NCBI GenBank assembly: GCA_964252035.1
Contig: OZ176204.1
Source: Podarcis erhardii
Lineage: Eukaryota
Reading direction: 5' to 3' (one strand)
Length of the DNA stretch: 64,000 nt
Part shown: one piece after another, positions 46,466 to 57,005 of the stretch
Numbering within the stretch: the first letter of the stretch is position 1
Layout of the letters: each line of letters starts with the position of its first letter
Notes under the pieces: generated by a model
What the model was told of the DNA's origin: nothing
The model's database searches: none
What the model saw: the letters and a program-made list of their open reading frames with translations, nothing else
Position numbers and translations under genes: made by a program

Positions 46466-48479
46466 TACAGCGTTTCCTGAGAATAGGGATTGATTGTTAA
46501 ACCACTCAGGGAATTGTCATTCTGTGAGGAGATAGTGGTCTCATAAAAACTATCATCACCCTTAGCAAACTACTATTCCCAGGATTCTTTGGAGGAAAAT
46601 CATGTCTATTTAAAATGATATAATACTGCTTTAAATTGTATATAGTTCAGATGAGGCCTTAAAGGAGAGGAAAGAGAAACCTTCTGTACCTTGTTTGGAA
46701 TGCTTAGCCCATGTCTCCCCTGAGTACTCTTAAGAATTTGTCTCCACTCCTTAAGGGGGGGGGGGCATTTTCCAACCCTCTGACATTGCTTAAAAACGAG
46801 CAAAGTCTGAACCAAATACTTCAATCCAACAGGTTGTTCCTGGTTTCTTTGTCACTCTGGTGGCGCATTTAATAATAAGCAAAGACTCTGATGGTACTTT
46901 TACTCTCTGTGCATGCATTAGATTTTTTTTGTCCTTTCTACAGTTAAGAATTGCAAACTTGAAGTGCAATTTTGAAATTAAAAATAAATGAAATGGTTTC
47001 TTGATGCCATTAAAATCCTAGTTTACGGATTAGTGATTCTCACTATACACTGCATGGTTTAATTACAGGGGAAAGAATAATCTTGGCTGAGGGCACAAAG
47101 AGCAATATATATTCAGAGAAATCCTAACTGTCTACTATAATTGTAGCTCTCCAGGTCGTATTTTGATTGCCGAACAAAATATATACTTCTATTTTAGATT
47201 GGTGTTTTGGATCCATGCCATGCAAGTGGGGAAGAAGCTAATAATTTATTGCTACTAGAAAGCCATAATTATCCATATTTATATTTAACCTTTTGAAACA
47301 CCATTCATTAATGTCTAGTTAACAATGGCTCACTTTACATTTTATATATCATACATTTTATGTGCAGCTTTCATGAGAAGGTGTAATGACTAGTCTGCAA
47401 CCTACAACTGTTTTTTCTCCTTGAAATCCAGAGGCTGTGTCAAGATCTGAATGTACAGGGGACAAAGGTTGTGATATTGGTTGTAGTTATTCCAGTTCTT
47501 TTAAAATATCCACACACTAATTTGGGTTGAAAACATATCGCAAAAGTAAATGTGGTGAAAGGCCTATTGAAAACAAAATAAACAAAAACATTTAGGCAAT
47601 TCATATCGAGTTCTATCTGGATGTAATCAGAGTAGATCCATTGAAATCAATGGGTTGCATCCATCTAGGGCCACATTTACACCATACATTTAAAGCACTA
47701 TTACACCATTGTAAACAGGCATGGCTTCCCCAAACAATTTTGGGAATTGTAGTAAGGGTGCTGAGAGTTGTTAGAAGACCCTCCCATTTCCCCTCCCAGA
47801 GCTACAATTCTTAGAGTGGTTTAACAGTCAATCCCTTTTCATGGGGAGCTTTGGGAATTGTAGTTCTGAGAGGGGAACAGGTGTCTCCTACGAAGCATGG
47901 TTAACCGATTACCCCTCCCAAAATTATTTGGGGGAACCATGGCTGTTTAAAGTGATGCTGTAGCACTTTAAATGGATGGTGTGACTGTGTACTAAGTTAT
48001 ACTCAGAGTACACCCAATGAAATCAAGAGATTTAAGTCAGTCACACATCCATTGATTTCAGTAGGTCTACTCAGAGTATGACTCAGTTGCATTTAGTCCT
48101 ATGGAAGTTAAGTCCTATTTCAATAGATTTACTCTACTACCTAAATCTGGATCCATTTTTTTTAATGCAGCTGTTGATGCTATTTAGGCCTTATTCTGGG
48201 ATACAATATATCAATGAAAGTTGGAGTACAATATTTATTTATTTGTTTGTTTGTTTGTTTGTTTCAGAACTGCCATGAAGAACTTTGCAAATGCAACCCT
48301 AACTAGTTCTCACATTTTGGCCACTGGAACTGAGACTGAACCCACCATGAGCCAAAATAAAGAAACTATCTGGGCATAGTCTAATGGCAGCACATTTTAG
48401 ACGGCTCTTCAAAATCTTCAGCTCCTTTGATCATCATCAAAAAAGCATGGCATGATCAAACATGCTCCTTTGGCAGAAG

Positions 48480-48875
48480 GACCATGTATCAGGGATTTCT
48501 CAACAATGAGCATGGACGAGAATCTATGAAACACACTCTTTCTTCCACTACAGGCTTACTATAAAACACTGGACCATGGGGAAGTGCTTGACTCATTCAG
48601 GATACATTGCCTATGATCCCAGGACAATAGCGAGGACCAATCTTCATGGTCAGGAGCCAATGTGAATTGAGATTAGGCCCTGCATAGTGTCAGAAAACCT
48701 TGTGTGTCATACTGGGTTCCTGAGACGGCAAACAGAGATTCCTCAGCTGCCAAATCAATGCGGGTATTATTCAGAGTGTAAGAAATTTGAGGGAAACTGC
48801 TTCAATGGACACAAAGTCTATCGAAAGCAGGAGGAGATGTTTCACCCAAGGATGACTATGCACTACCTCATCTAG
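48480..48875 (+). mobile_element. Possible ancient, highly decayed RTE-type RT remnant
   Basis: One frame from 48686 reads SVRKPCV...RVLFRV*EI*GKLLQ...KDDYAL, collinear with RTE GVKQGCV...GKLFN...ADDxAL. Confidence 0.35.
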
Positions 48876-49248
48876 TTATTTTTCCCAAATTTCAAACACT
48901 GACTAAGTACCTAATAGCTGCAAGACAGTGTTCGGAATGAGCTGTGCTTGCACATAAGTATTCATGAGCCTTGATGTGGCCATAGTGTGAATTAAAACTG
49001 GCATAAGTGTTCTTTGTTGCAGAATTAATTTGGAGCGATAGTCATGCATTCCATTTTGTTACAGGAATCAAGACTTCCGTAAGAGCTGTCTTCTTCAAGT
49101 GCCACTTTCCATTACTTTGTGTTTGAGCAATTATGGAACTTTGGTATATTGGCAATTATTTCTGAGTGCTTTGATCCATGATAGCTCATCAGACTTCCCT
49201 GAATTTTACATATTCTTCTGTATGAATTCTATCTGGTGTGCATATGAG

Positions 49249-49317
49249 AGAGAAAGAACACAAGTACCTATGTTGATCGTAAAGAGAAAGAACACAAGTA
49301 CCTATGTTGATCGTAAA
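49249..49317. repeat. Perfect 34-bp tandem duplication
   Basis: AGAGAAAGAACACAAGTACCTATGTTGATCGTAA occurs twice (49249, 49283). Confidence 0.95.
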
Positions 49318-49943
49318 AAGATAATTGTATTTAAAGCATATAAAATACATTCAAGAGCTCTGGGTTGCAGAAACTGTTTTGTAGGAGAAGGCATTGGAAA
49401 CAGATATACCTGCTCTTGCAGCTGTTTATTGGCTTTACTTGGATATCCATCGCTTCCAACTTCATAAATTCAAGAGCAACCTATTATAAATTTGCTCAGG
49501 ACACTTGCAACATGGTCAACTCGTTTACAGAAGAGCGGAGTGGAGCAATTAATGTAAATTTCCCCTTTGTACAGCAGGCTAGTATTGTCGCACATTCACA
49601 CATCCCTATGCTTCCACATCCAGGCAAGCAAGAAACATTACCAGCTTGAGACAACCATGTTTAACCCCTGGCTTGAGTTTCCTTGCACCTGATCTATCTC
49701 ATACCAGGGATACAAAATTCTCAGAACTCTACGCAGAGGGAAACATCAAACTTAGCCTCCTCCCGTATCTCTCCAGATTCTCTCACAGTAACACCATAAA
49801 CCACTTCCCCTCAGGAAAATGCCTTGAAGGTGCACCAGGGTCATGTTCCTCCATGATTTTCTAATGACAACACTGACACCAAGATAATTGACTTCATTCC
49901 TTTCCGTGGCAGCAGCTCTTTTAATTGCCTCCACCTATGAGGT

Positions 49944-50306
49944 GGGACTCGGGTGGCGCTGTGGGTTAAACCTCAGTGCCTAGGATTTGCCGATCGTATG
50001 GTCGGCGGTTCGAATCCCTGTGGTGGGGTGAGCTCCCGTCGTTCGGTCCCAGCTCCTGCCCACCTAGCAGTTTGAAAGCACCCTTAAGTGCAAGTAGATA
50101 AATAGGTACCACTTTATAGCGGGAAGGTAAACGGCGTTCCGTGTGCTGTGCTGGTGCAGGCTCGCCAGAGCAGCTTCGTCACGCTGACCACGTGACCCGG
50201 AAGTGTCTTCAGACGGCACCGGCTCCCGGCCTCTAGAGTGAGATGAGTGCACAACCCTAGAGTTGGTCACGACTGGCCCGTACGGGCAGGGGTACCTTTA
50301 CCTTTT
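49944..50306 (+). mobile_element. Sauria SINE (subfamily iii)
   Basis: Ends GACTGGCCCGTACGGGCAGGGGTACCTTTACC; 7-bp TSD TATGAGG at 49936-49942 and 50307-50313. Confidence 0.95.
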
Positions 50307-50346
50307 TATGAGGGCCCTAATACAGTTCCCCTCCTCTCCACAGGCC

Positions 50347-50945
50347 CTATTTATTTATTACATTTATCTCTTAAACTGATATGCCGTCTTTCCTCCAAGG
50401 TGATCAAGGTGGCTTACATGGTCCCCCACTTTTTATCCACTTTCCCCCCTTAAGTTAGGCTGAGAGGCAATGACTGGCCCAAAATCACCCTGTTTGCCTT
50501 CAGGGCCATGTGGGGATTTTAACCCTGGTCTCCCAGGTCCTAGGTGGGACGCGGATGGCACTGTGGTCTAAACCACTGAGCCTAGGGCTTGCCGATCAGA
50601 AGGTTGGCTGTTTGAATCCCTGTGACAGGGTGAGCTCCCGTTGCTCAGTCCCAGCTCCTGCCAACCTAGTAGTTTGAAAGCACATCAAAGTGCAAGTAGA
50701 TAAATAGGTACCACGCCGGTGAGAAGGTAAACGGCATTTCCATGCACTGCTCTGGTTTCGCCAGAAGTGGCTTAGTCATGCTGGCCACATGACCCAGAAA
50801 AACTGTGGACGAACGCCGACTCCCTCAGCCAGTAAAGCGAGATGAGTGCCACAACTCCAGAGTCGTTCGTGATTGGACTTAACTGTCAGGGGCCCTTTAC
50901 CTTTACCTTTAGCTCCCAGGTCTAACCACTACACCACATTAGCTC
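50347..50945 (-). mobile_element. Older MIR/Ther1-like CORE SINE split by a Sauria SINE
   Basis: GTTAGGCTGAGAGGCAATGACTGGCCCAAAATCACCC...CCTGGTCTCCCAGGTCC on the left and CTAACCACTACACCAC on the right. Confidence 0.75.
50546..50910 (+). mobile_element. Sauria SINE nested in a CORE SINE
   Basis: Full head to ACCTTT tail; CTCCCAGGTC is repeated at 50530-50539 and 50913-50922. Confidence 0.92.
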
Positions 50946-51765
50946 TCCTCTGACATTTTTAATTTAACCCATCATGGTTGCTAAGGGGAGCACACTCCCA
51001 GCTTTGAAGCAGCAAGGCCTTTCAGCTTCCCTCTCCATGTAAAACATTGAACCCCATTCCTCTTGGCTTCCTCTTTTCCTCTCTCCTCTGTTGCTTCCAA
51101 AATCAGCTGTCTTTCCTCACATCTACCCCATCTCTCCAACAGACCTTCCTTTCAACCACCCACAGGCTTGCCCACTCCTTGCCACCCAGTCCTGCCCTCA
51201 CCCGCCATTTTCTAGCCATCTATCAGACCAGACTGTGGACAGCATTTAGCAAGCATAGATCATCCTGGGTCATTCTGGGCCAGGGAGAGACAGAGGGAGA
51301 GAATGCCTGTGAGGATCCATCATTTTGAGAAGTCAACGTTTCTTGTCTCTTCTGGGAGTTTTAATCCTCTGCATTTTATGCACCCCCATCTTTCAAGGGG
51401 CTGACGGGCTAGGTGCAACTAGTTAGACGTCATGATGCATTAAACATATTTATCCAAGGGTGCTTCTTAACAAGCATCAACAATGCAAAATTAGAATTCT
51501 CTGTGAGTGCGGCACCTCAGAACAAATCTATTTGAACAATGAAGAGCTATATGCAAGGTACTCTAGTTAATGAAGTGTTCTGTGGTAATTAATTTGTCAC
51601 GTTCATTTCAGTATTCCAAACACATATACAGAGAGAAAGAGAAAGAGAAAGAAAGAAACTGGGCAAAAGTAGGAGTTCATAGTACGGCTAACAGGCCAAA
51701 CCATTAAAAAAATGCAGAGTTATGCCTACAATAGGATTTTTATTCTTAGGACTGGTTCATATGTC

Positions 51766-52158
51766 ATTTGGTGACCACTCATAGCCGAGTAAGATTGTCT
51801 TCCAATAGACATGGTTTTAACAATGAGTCTGTAAGTCACTGTGGAGGCCAATTCTGGATCCACACATCCTTCCACAGTGAGGACATTGGTTTCTGGGTGG
51901 GAGTTGATCACGGTGTGGATTTGCCAAACGTGCCTTCCTCTTAGCGCATTTCTTCCTTGCGTCCTGAGCTTGAGTGTCTTCAAAGCCCATGACGCCTTTG
52001 GTAAAGGCTGTTCTCCAATTGGAGGGCTCTCAAGGCAAGTGTTTCCCAATTGTTGATGTTTATACTACATTTTTTAAAAATTTGCCTTGAGACAGCCTTT
52101 AAACCTCTTTTGTTGACCACCAGCATTAGGCTTTCCATTTTTAAGTTCGGAATAGAGT
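51766..52158 (-). mobile_element. RTE-clade LINE 3' fragment, same family as 23260-23777
   Basis: Aligned by eye over about 390 bp to 23275-23660; GGQQKRFK motif on the minus strand. Confidence 0.85.
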
Positions 52159-52404
52159 AACACGAGAATCACTTTCATATGGTTTGATCCCATTTATCTG
52201 GTAACATTTTAAGGCAGGAATCACATATGAAGTGCTGCTTGAATTAGTGCTACCATTACCATGGTCAGCAACCTTGATGCTCATGGTAAGCCTGTCTGCA
52301 GTGAGGAAATACCTCTTTTTGGTAGTACCTGTGATATTGGATGTGCCAAGGGTCCTCTTCCTCATACATAGAGGTGACATGGTGCACCACTTTGGTGTTA
52401 CCAA

Positions 52405-52545
52405 GCAGAGTGAGTGGTTTCAGTGTTGGACTAGGACCTAGGAGACCAGGGTTCAAATCTCCACTCTGGCATCACTGGGGTCACCTTGGACCAGACGCTG
52501 CCTCTCAACTGAATCTGCCTCATGGGGGTGGTGGGTGAGGTCTCC
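52405..52545 (+). mobile_element. Old MIR/Ther1-like CORE SINE, 5' part
   Basis: AGTGGTTTCAGTGTTGGACTAGGACCTAGGAGACCAGGGTTCAAATCTCC...GTCACCTTGGACCAG. Confidence 0.6.
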
Positions 52546-55500
52546 CACACAACTCAATCATGACTGAGCATGCTCAGTGTGTACAACCTGCTGACTGTAT
52601 AATGTTGAGAAAACCATTGTGTTGAGGGGAATGGAGAGGGGGGAATACTACTGACGGTGAGGGGTAGAATGGAACAGGGAGCACTGCAATCTTTTGTTGC
52701 AGTTCCCACTTGTCACCTTATATTTTTAATTTATTTTTTTCCTAATTTTCATCTGCTTCTTTGAAACGAGCATATGTGTGTGCTGTTGAGAATTTAAGTT
52801 GTGGTTGCCATGTGAAAAGCAGTGAGTACATAAACAGAAAATCCTAGCAAAATACATTCTGATGCAGTGCAATTTCTGAATTTTCTGGTTTGTCAGTAGA
52901 TGGCACACTGACTGTACAAATTCCAGAAATTCTGTTGTTTAAGCCTTTCCTGAACTGTACACCTTAGGAAAACATCAATTCTAAGGACCAAGTTATTTGG
53001 CAAAGCTGTATCAGTAAAAGGGGTGGGGACCTGGATCATAAACTGATAGAGAATTTGGGGTGGAATTTTCAAATATATTTTAAATAAATGGTGAGCCCCC
53101 ACCCCATCCAGTGTTTTAAACTGGAAGTACTTATATGTATTAACTGCATACCTATGTGCACTATTTTTTCCAACCAATATTAAATTGGGTTTAGAATGAC
53201 CCTAGAGATGATCATAAATTGATTTATTTCCCACTTGCAGGTAAGAATGAAATTAGGAAAGTAAACAATAACTCGCTCACTTCTGCCCTCCGAAGCACCA
53301 GGTATCTCCAAATCGTGTACATAATAATATTACAAATAGAACACAGATAACATAGAGGGAAAACAACCTTTTAAAATAGTTTTCTATGCTGGGTTGCCAG
53401 GTCACATGACTGAGCTGAATAGGCTTAGGATCCAGCCTAAATTACTCTTCTCAAGCGATAAGGGGGCAAGTAAGGGTAGATTTAAATTAAGAAGTAAGAA
53501 ATAAGTTTTGAAATCTTAGCCATAATCATGTTGACTCATAAACCCTGGGATGCTTTGGTTAGAAATGAAGACAGAAAGTCTCTCCATCTAAATAATCAAC
53601 ATTCATTCATTTTATTAGTATGTTCCAGAGCACTATTGAATAACATGAATTTTGGGGGAAATTACGAATTAAAATTTGCTATTAAATCCCTCACCTTGAA
53701 TTATACCTAAAAGCAAACTGGAAATAAATAGTGAGCAGAGTGCATAGAGGTCAACTGTTCTTTTCTTCAATAGCTGAACTGTCAATAAAGTTGCTAAAAT
53801 TGTGATAGCTCTGCTGCTGAAAAACATTGGTTTTAGGCACATCTAAATGGTCTTTAAGTGGAGCCCTAAGAAAAAGACACTAATGATCCAAATTCAAGGT
53901 CACAGAGATGCTTCTTGCTGGATTTATAGTAGGGATGTACAAGGGCCCCCAAAATCCACCTTGTATCTATATCTCTTCATTATGCTGTCACCACTTACAT
54001 CCATGCTCTGCGTTTCAAGCTGCTCTGTATAAAACAAAGCTCTGTTTTCTCCATTCACTATACCGGGGAATCTAAAAGTGGTTTTAGTGTAGTCCCTTTT
54101 TGGCCAAAGTGGGTGAAATTTATAGGCACAGGAGCCCTTCAGAGTGGATTAAGCCTCTCAGATTATCAGCAGATACACACAGACTTTTAAGTTGGTTTTT
54201 TAAAAGGAGGAGGAGGAGGAGATCTATAACTTCTTTATTTTCTGCCAGAACTGTATATTGGTGGTGTTGCAAGGATGAGCTTGAATCCTCAAGAATGATT
54301 GGGGTGGGGAAAATGACACCAGCAGCAAGACTCTTCTTATCTCAAGGAACATTGCTGAGTGGTAGGCTTCTGCAGCCCTCCTCCAAGATTTGGGGATGCA
54401 AACTCTTCTCTCTAGGGGAGAGATCTTTCTCAGTATATCTGCAAAGGGGTACATACAGATCCACCTAAAAACAAACATAATTTTTAAATATTTAATCCAA
54501 TATTCCCCTCCCCCCAAAAATCACTGTGATTAAAATGTCTTTGGAAAATAATTTGCTGTGATTAAAGTCCATTGAAACGAAAGATACCCCACTTCTGTTC
54601 AGCTCAGCCTAATCAGGTTGGTTTCACTTAAAAATAAATAAATGCAGTGGTCACTGTAAAAATCCAAGACCACACAGCAGAGATTCCCTGTTCCAATTCA
54701 TAATGCTTCCTTAATAGTTCTAACTGATTCAGGCATGTGAAAACCTCACCCAAGTCACCCCCATTTGCTTTGCAATTTGCAAAGAGCCAATGTGCTCCCC
54801 TGGTGGAGAGAAGCAGTTATTCTTTCAGACTTCAGTTATGAAAACTCTCGAGGCTGTAGTGGTTTCCAGGCAATAGCAGAAATTTCATATTGCACATTTG
54901 AAAAGCGTAATGCTGTAAGAACAGAGAGAAGTGGTGTTGACTTAAGAACCTTTCTTCGCAAAGCTCAGAGGGGAAAGTAATGTTACAGAAATGGAGGAAA
55001 AGATGGTGGATTTATCAGGGATTACTTGTAAAATATATCTGAAGTGGGTATAAATCTTCCATATTAAATATTCTAAAATGCTTTTGCTGAGCTCGTCTTA
55101 CACATAGACAATTGGGAAATCTCAAAATACATGGTTAAATCTGTGTGATACAGAAAGGGAAGCTGAGACAAAGAAAGGAAAGGAGCCACAGTAAGGATCA
55201 TTTCAGATACAGTCAACAATTGCACTTCTAAACCATTTCACTTTGAAGACCCTTCACAGCTGTACTTAGCATGCCATGAACCAAGGGGCATAGATGTAAT
55301 ATTTGTTTGAAGAAGAGAGAAAGAGGTATTGGTTGAAATGTGTTTGACTTCATTCATAGCAATTTAATGTAGTGACTAACAAGCTGTGGCTCAAGAGCCT
55401 TGAGTAGAGGCTCTTTGCTGCAGTGGTCAGTCTGGAGGCTTATGCGATCATCTGTCTTCAGCAGTGCTGTACCAGGAGGGGGAAAGAGAGGCAAAGGGGG

Positions 55501-55610
55501 AGGTTAGCATGGTACAAAATCACCAGCAGCACTCTTCATGACAATTCAGCACTCTTCCTGGTCTATTTGCTCGACACTAACCTCTTCACCACATTGCCCC
55601 AACTTTCCAG

Positions 55611-55924
55611 AGAGCCAGTGTGGTGCAGTGGTTAAGAGCGGTAGTCTCGTAATCTGGGGAACTGGGTTTGCGTCTCCGCTCCTCCACATGCAGCTGCTGG
55701 GTGACCTTGGGCCAGTCACACTTCTCTGAAGTCTCTCGGCCCCACTCACCTCACAGAGTGTTTGTTGTGGGGGAGGAAGGGAAAGGAGAATGTTAGCCGC
55801 TTTGAGACTCCTTCGGGTAGTAATAAAGCGGGATATCAAATCCAAACTACTACTACTACTACTCTTCTTCTTCTTCTTCTTCTTCTTCTTCTTCTTCTTC
55901 TTCTTCTTCTTCTTCTTCTTCTTC
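55611..55924 (+). mobile_element. CORE SINE (family of 24792-25094) with (TAC)n(TTC)n tail
   Basis: Full body 55611-55847 and tail to 55924; possible TSD TTCCAG. Confidence 0.88.
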
Positions 55925-56408
55925 CAGTAAGGAGCAGTGACACAGGAGGTCAAGTAAACACCTCTGTCCCTCTGTGCCAACCAATACTGACTCATTGAAG
56001 CTTATCAAAGGGTCCTCAATGGCAAGCTCAGAAATGGTAGGAATACTTACCTGGAAAACAGTTTTGCACAGCTTTGTCTCTTTAGTGCTGGAATGCTCCA
56101 AGGGACGTATTTTGTTTTTAAATAAAATTTCATATCACCTCATCTGGAATACACAAAACCTTGAGGCTGTTCGGTTTGGATCACACATTGCTGCATTCAC
56201 TCCATTTCCCTGACGTTTCTATGCAATCGTTTCTGCATTTTTTGAGATTGCTTGCACAATGTAAAAGCAAGTTATTGAAATCTGGTGGAAGTTTAGAGCT
56301 CATTTCTGTGTTAACTGCTTCCGGGGGGGGGGGGGATCTGCCTGTGACCCTGTTAACATTGAAAATCACTGGAGTTTTGTACTGTAATTTCCTCGTTTTC
56401 ATGGCTCA

Positions 56409-56420
56409 TGTCACGTGACA
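56409..56420. promoter_or_regulatory. Palindromic E-box TGTCACGTGACA (USF/MiT-TFE/CLEAR-type)
   Basis: Perfect 12-bp palindrome in repeat-free sequence; function not shown. Confidence 0.35.
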
Positions 56421-56625
56421 AAATTTGGAGTGGTATTTTGGCAGACAGTTCTTTCCTTCCTTCTTCATGGAGGATCAGAATCACCCATGTGCATAAAGGA
56501 ACATGACATGGCCAGTAACATCTGCCACTGTGTCACACCACACCCACTGCTGTGTTCCAGTGTGTTCAAATCATTTTTTAAAAAAGAATTTGGACTAAAC
56601 ATTTCCAGTGAAGTTCTGTAAAAAA

Positions 56626-57005
56626 AGGTAAAGGTAAATGACCCCTGGACAGTTAAGTCCAGTCAAAGGCAACTATGGGGTTGTGGCACTCATCTGGCTT
56701 TCAGGCTGAAGGAGATAGCGTTTGTCCACAGACAGCTTTCTGGGTCATGTGGCCACGTGACTAAACTGCTTTTGGCACAATGGAACACCATGATAGAAGC
56801 CAGACCACATGGAAACGCTGTTAACCTTCCCACCACAGCTGTACCTATTTATCTATTTGCACTGGTGTGCTTTCAAACTGCTAGGTTGGCAGAAGCTGGA
56901 ACAGAGAAATGGGAGCTCACCCCATCACGGGGATTCGAACCACCGATCATCTGATTGGCAAACCCAAGTGGCTCAGTGATTTAGACCACAGCACCACCTG
57001 CTCCC
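56626..57005 (-). mobile_element. Sauria SINE (subfamily ii)
   Basis: AGTCCAGTCAAAGGCAACTATGGGG diagnostic; full length. Confidence 0.92.

Noticed and set aside
52141-52456. Overlapping minus-strand ORFs (87 and 63 aa) next to the RTE fragment
   Set aside because: Not similar to any protein I recognise; one begins inside a SINE.
54792-54810. CTCF-like motif (CCACCAGGGGAGC on the minus strand)
   Set aside because: It mismatches the conserved GGC end of the core; too weak without ChIP data.
55546-56101. Poly-K/E/L and (VK)n ORFs here and at 24748-24978 and 62220-62555
   Set aside because: These are translations of microsatellite SINE tails.
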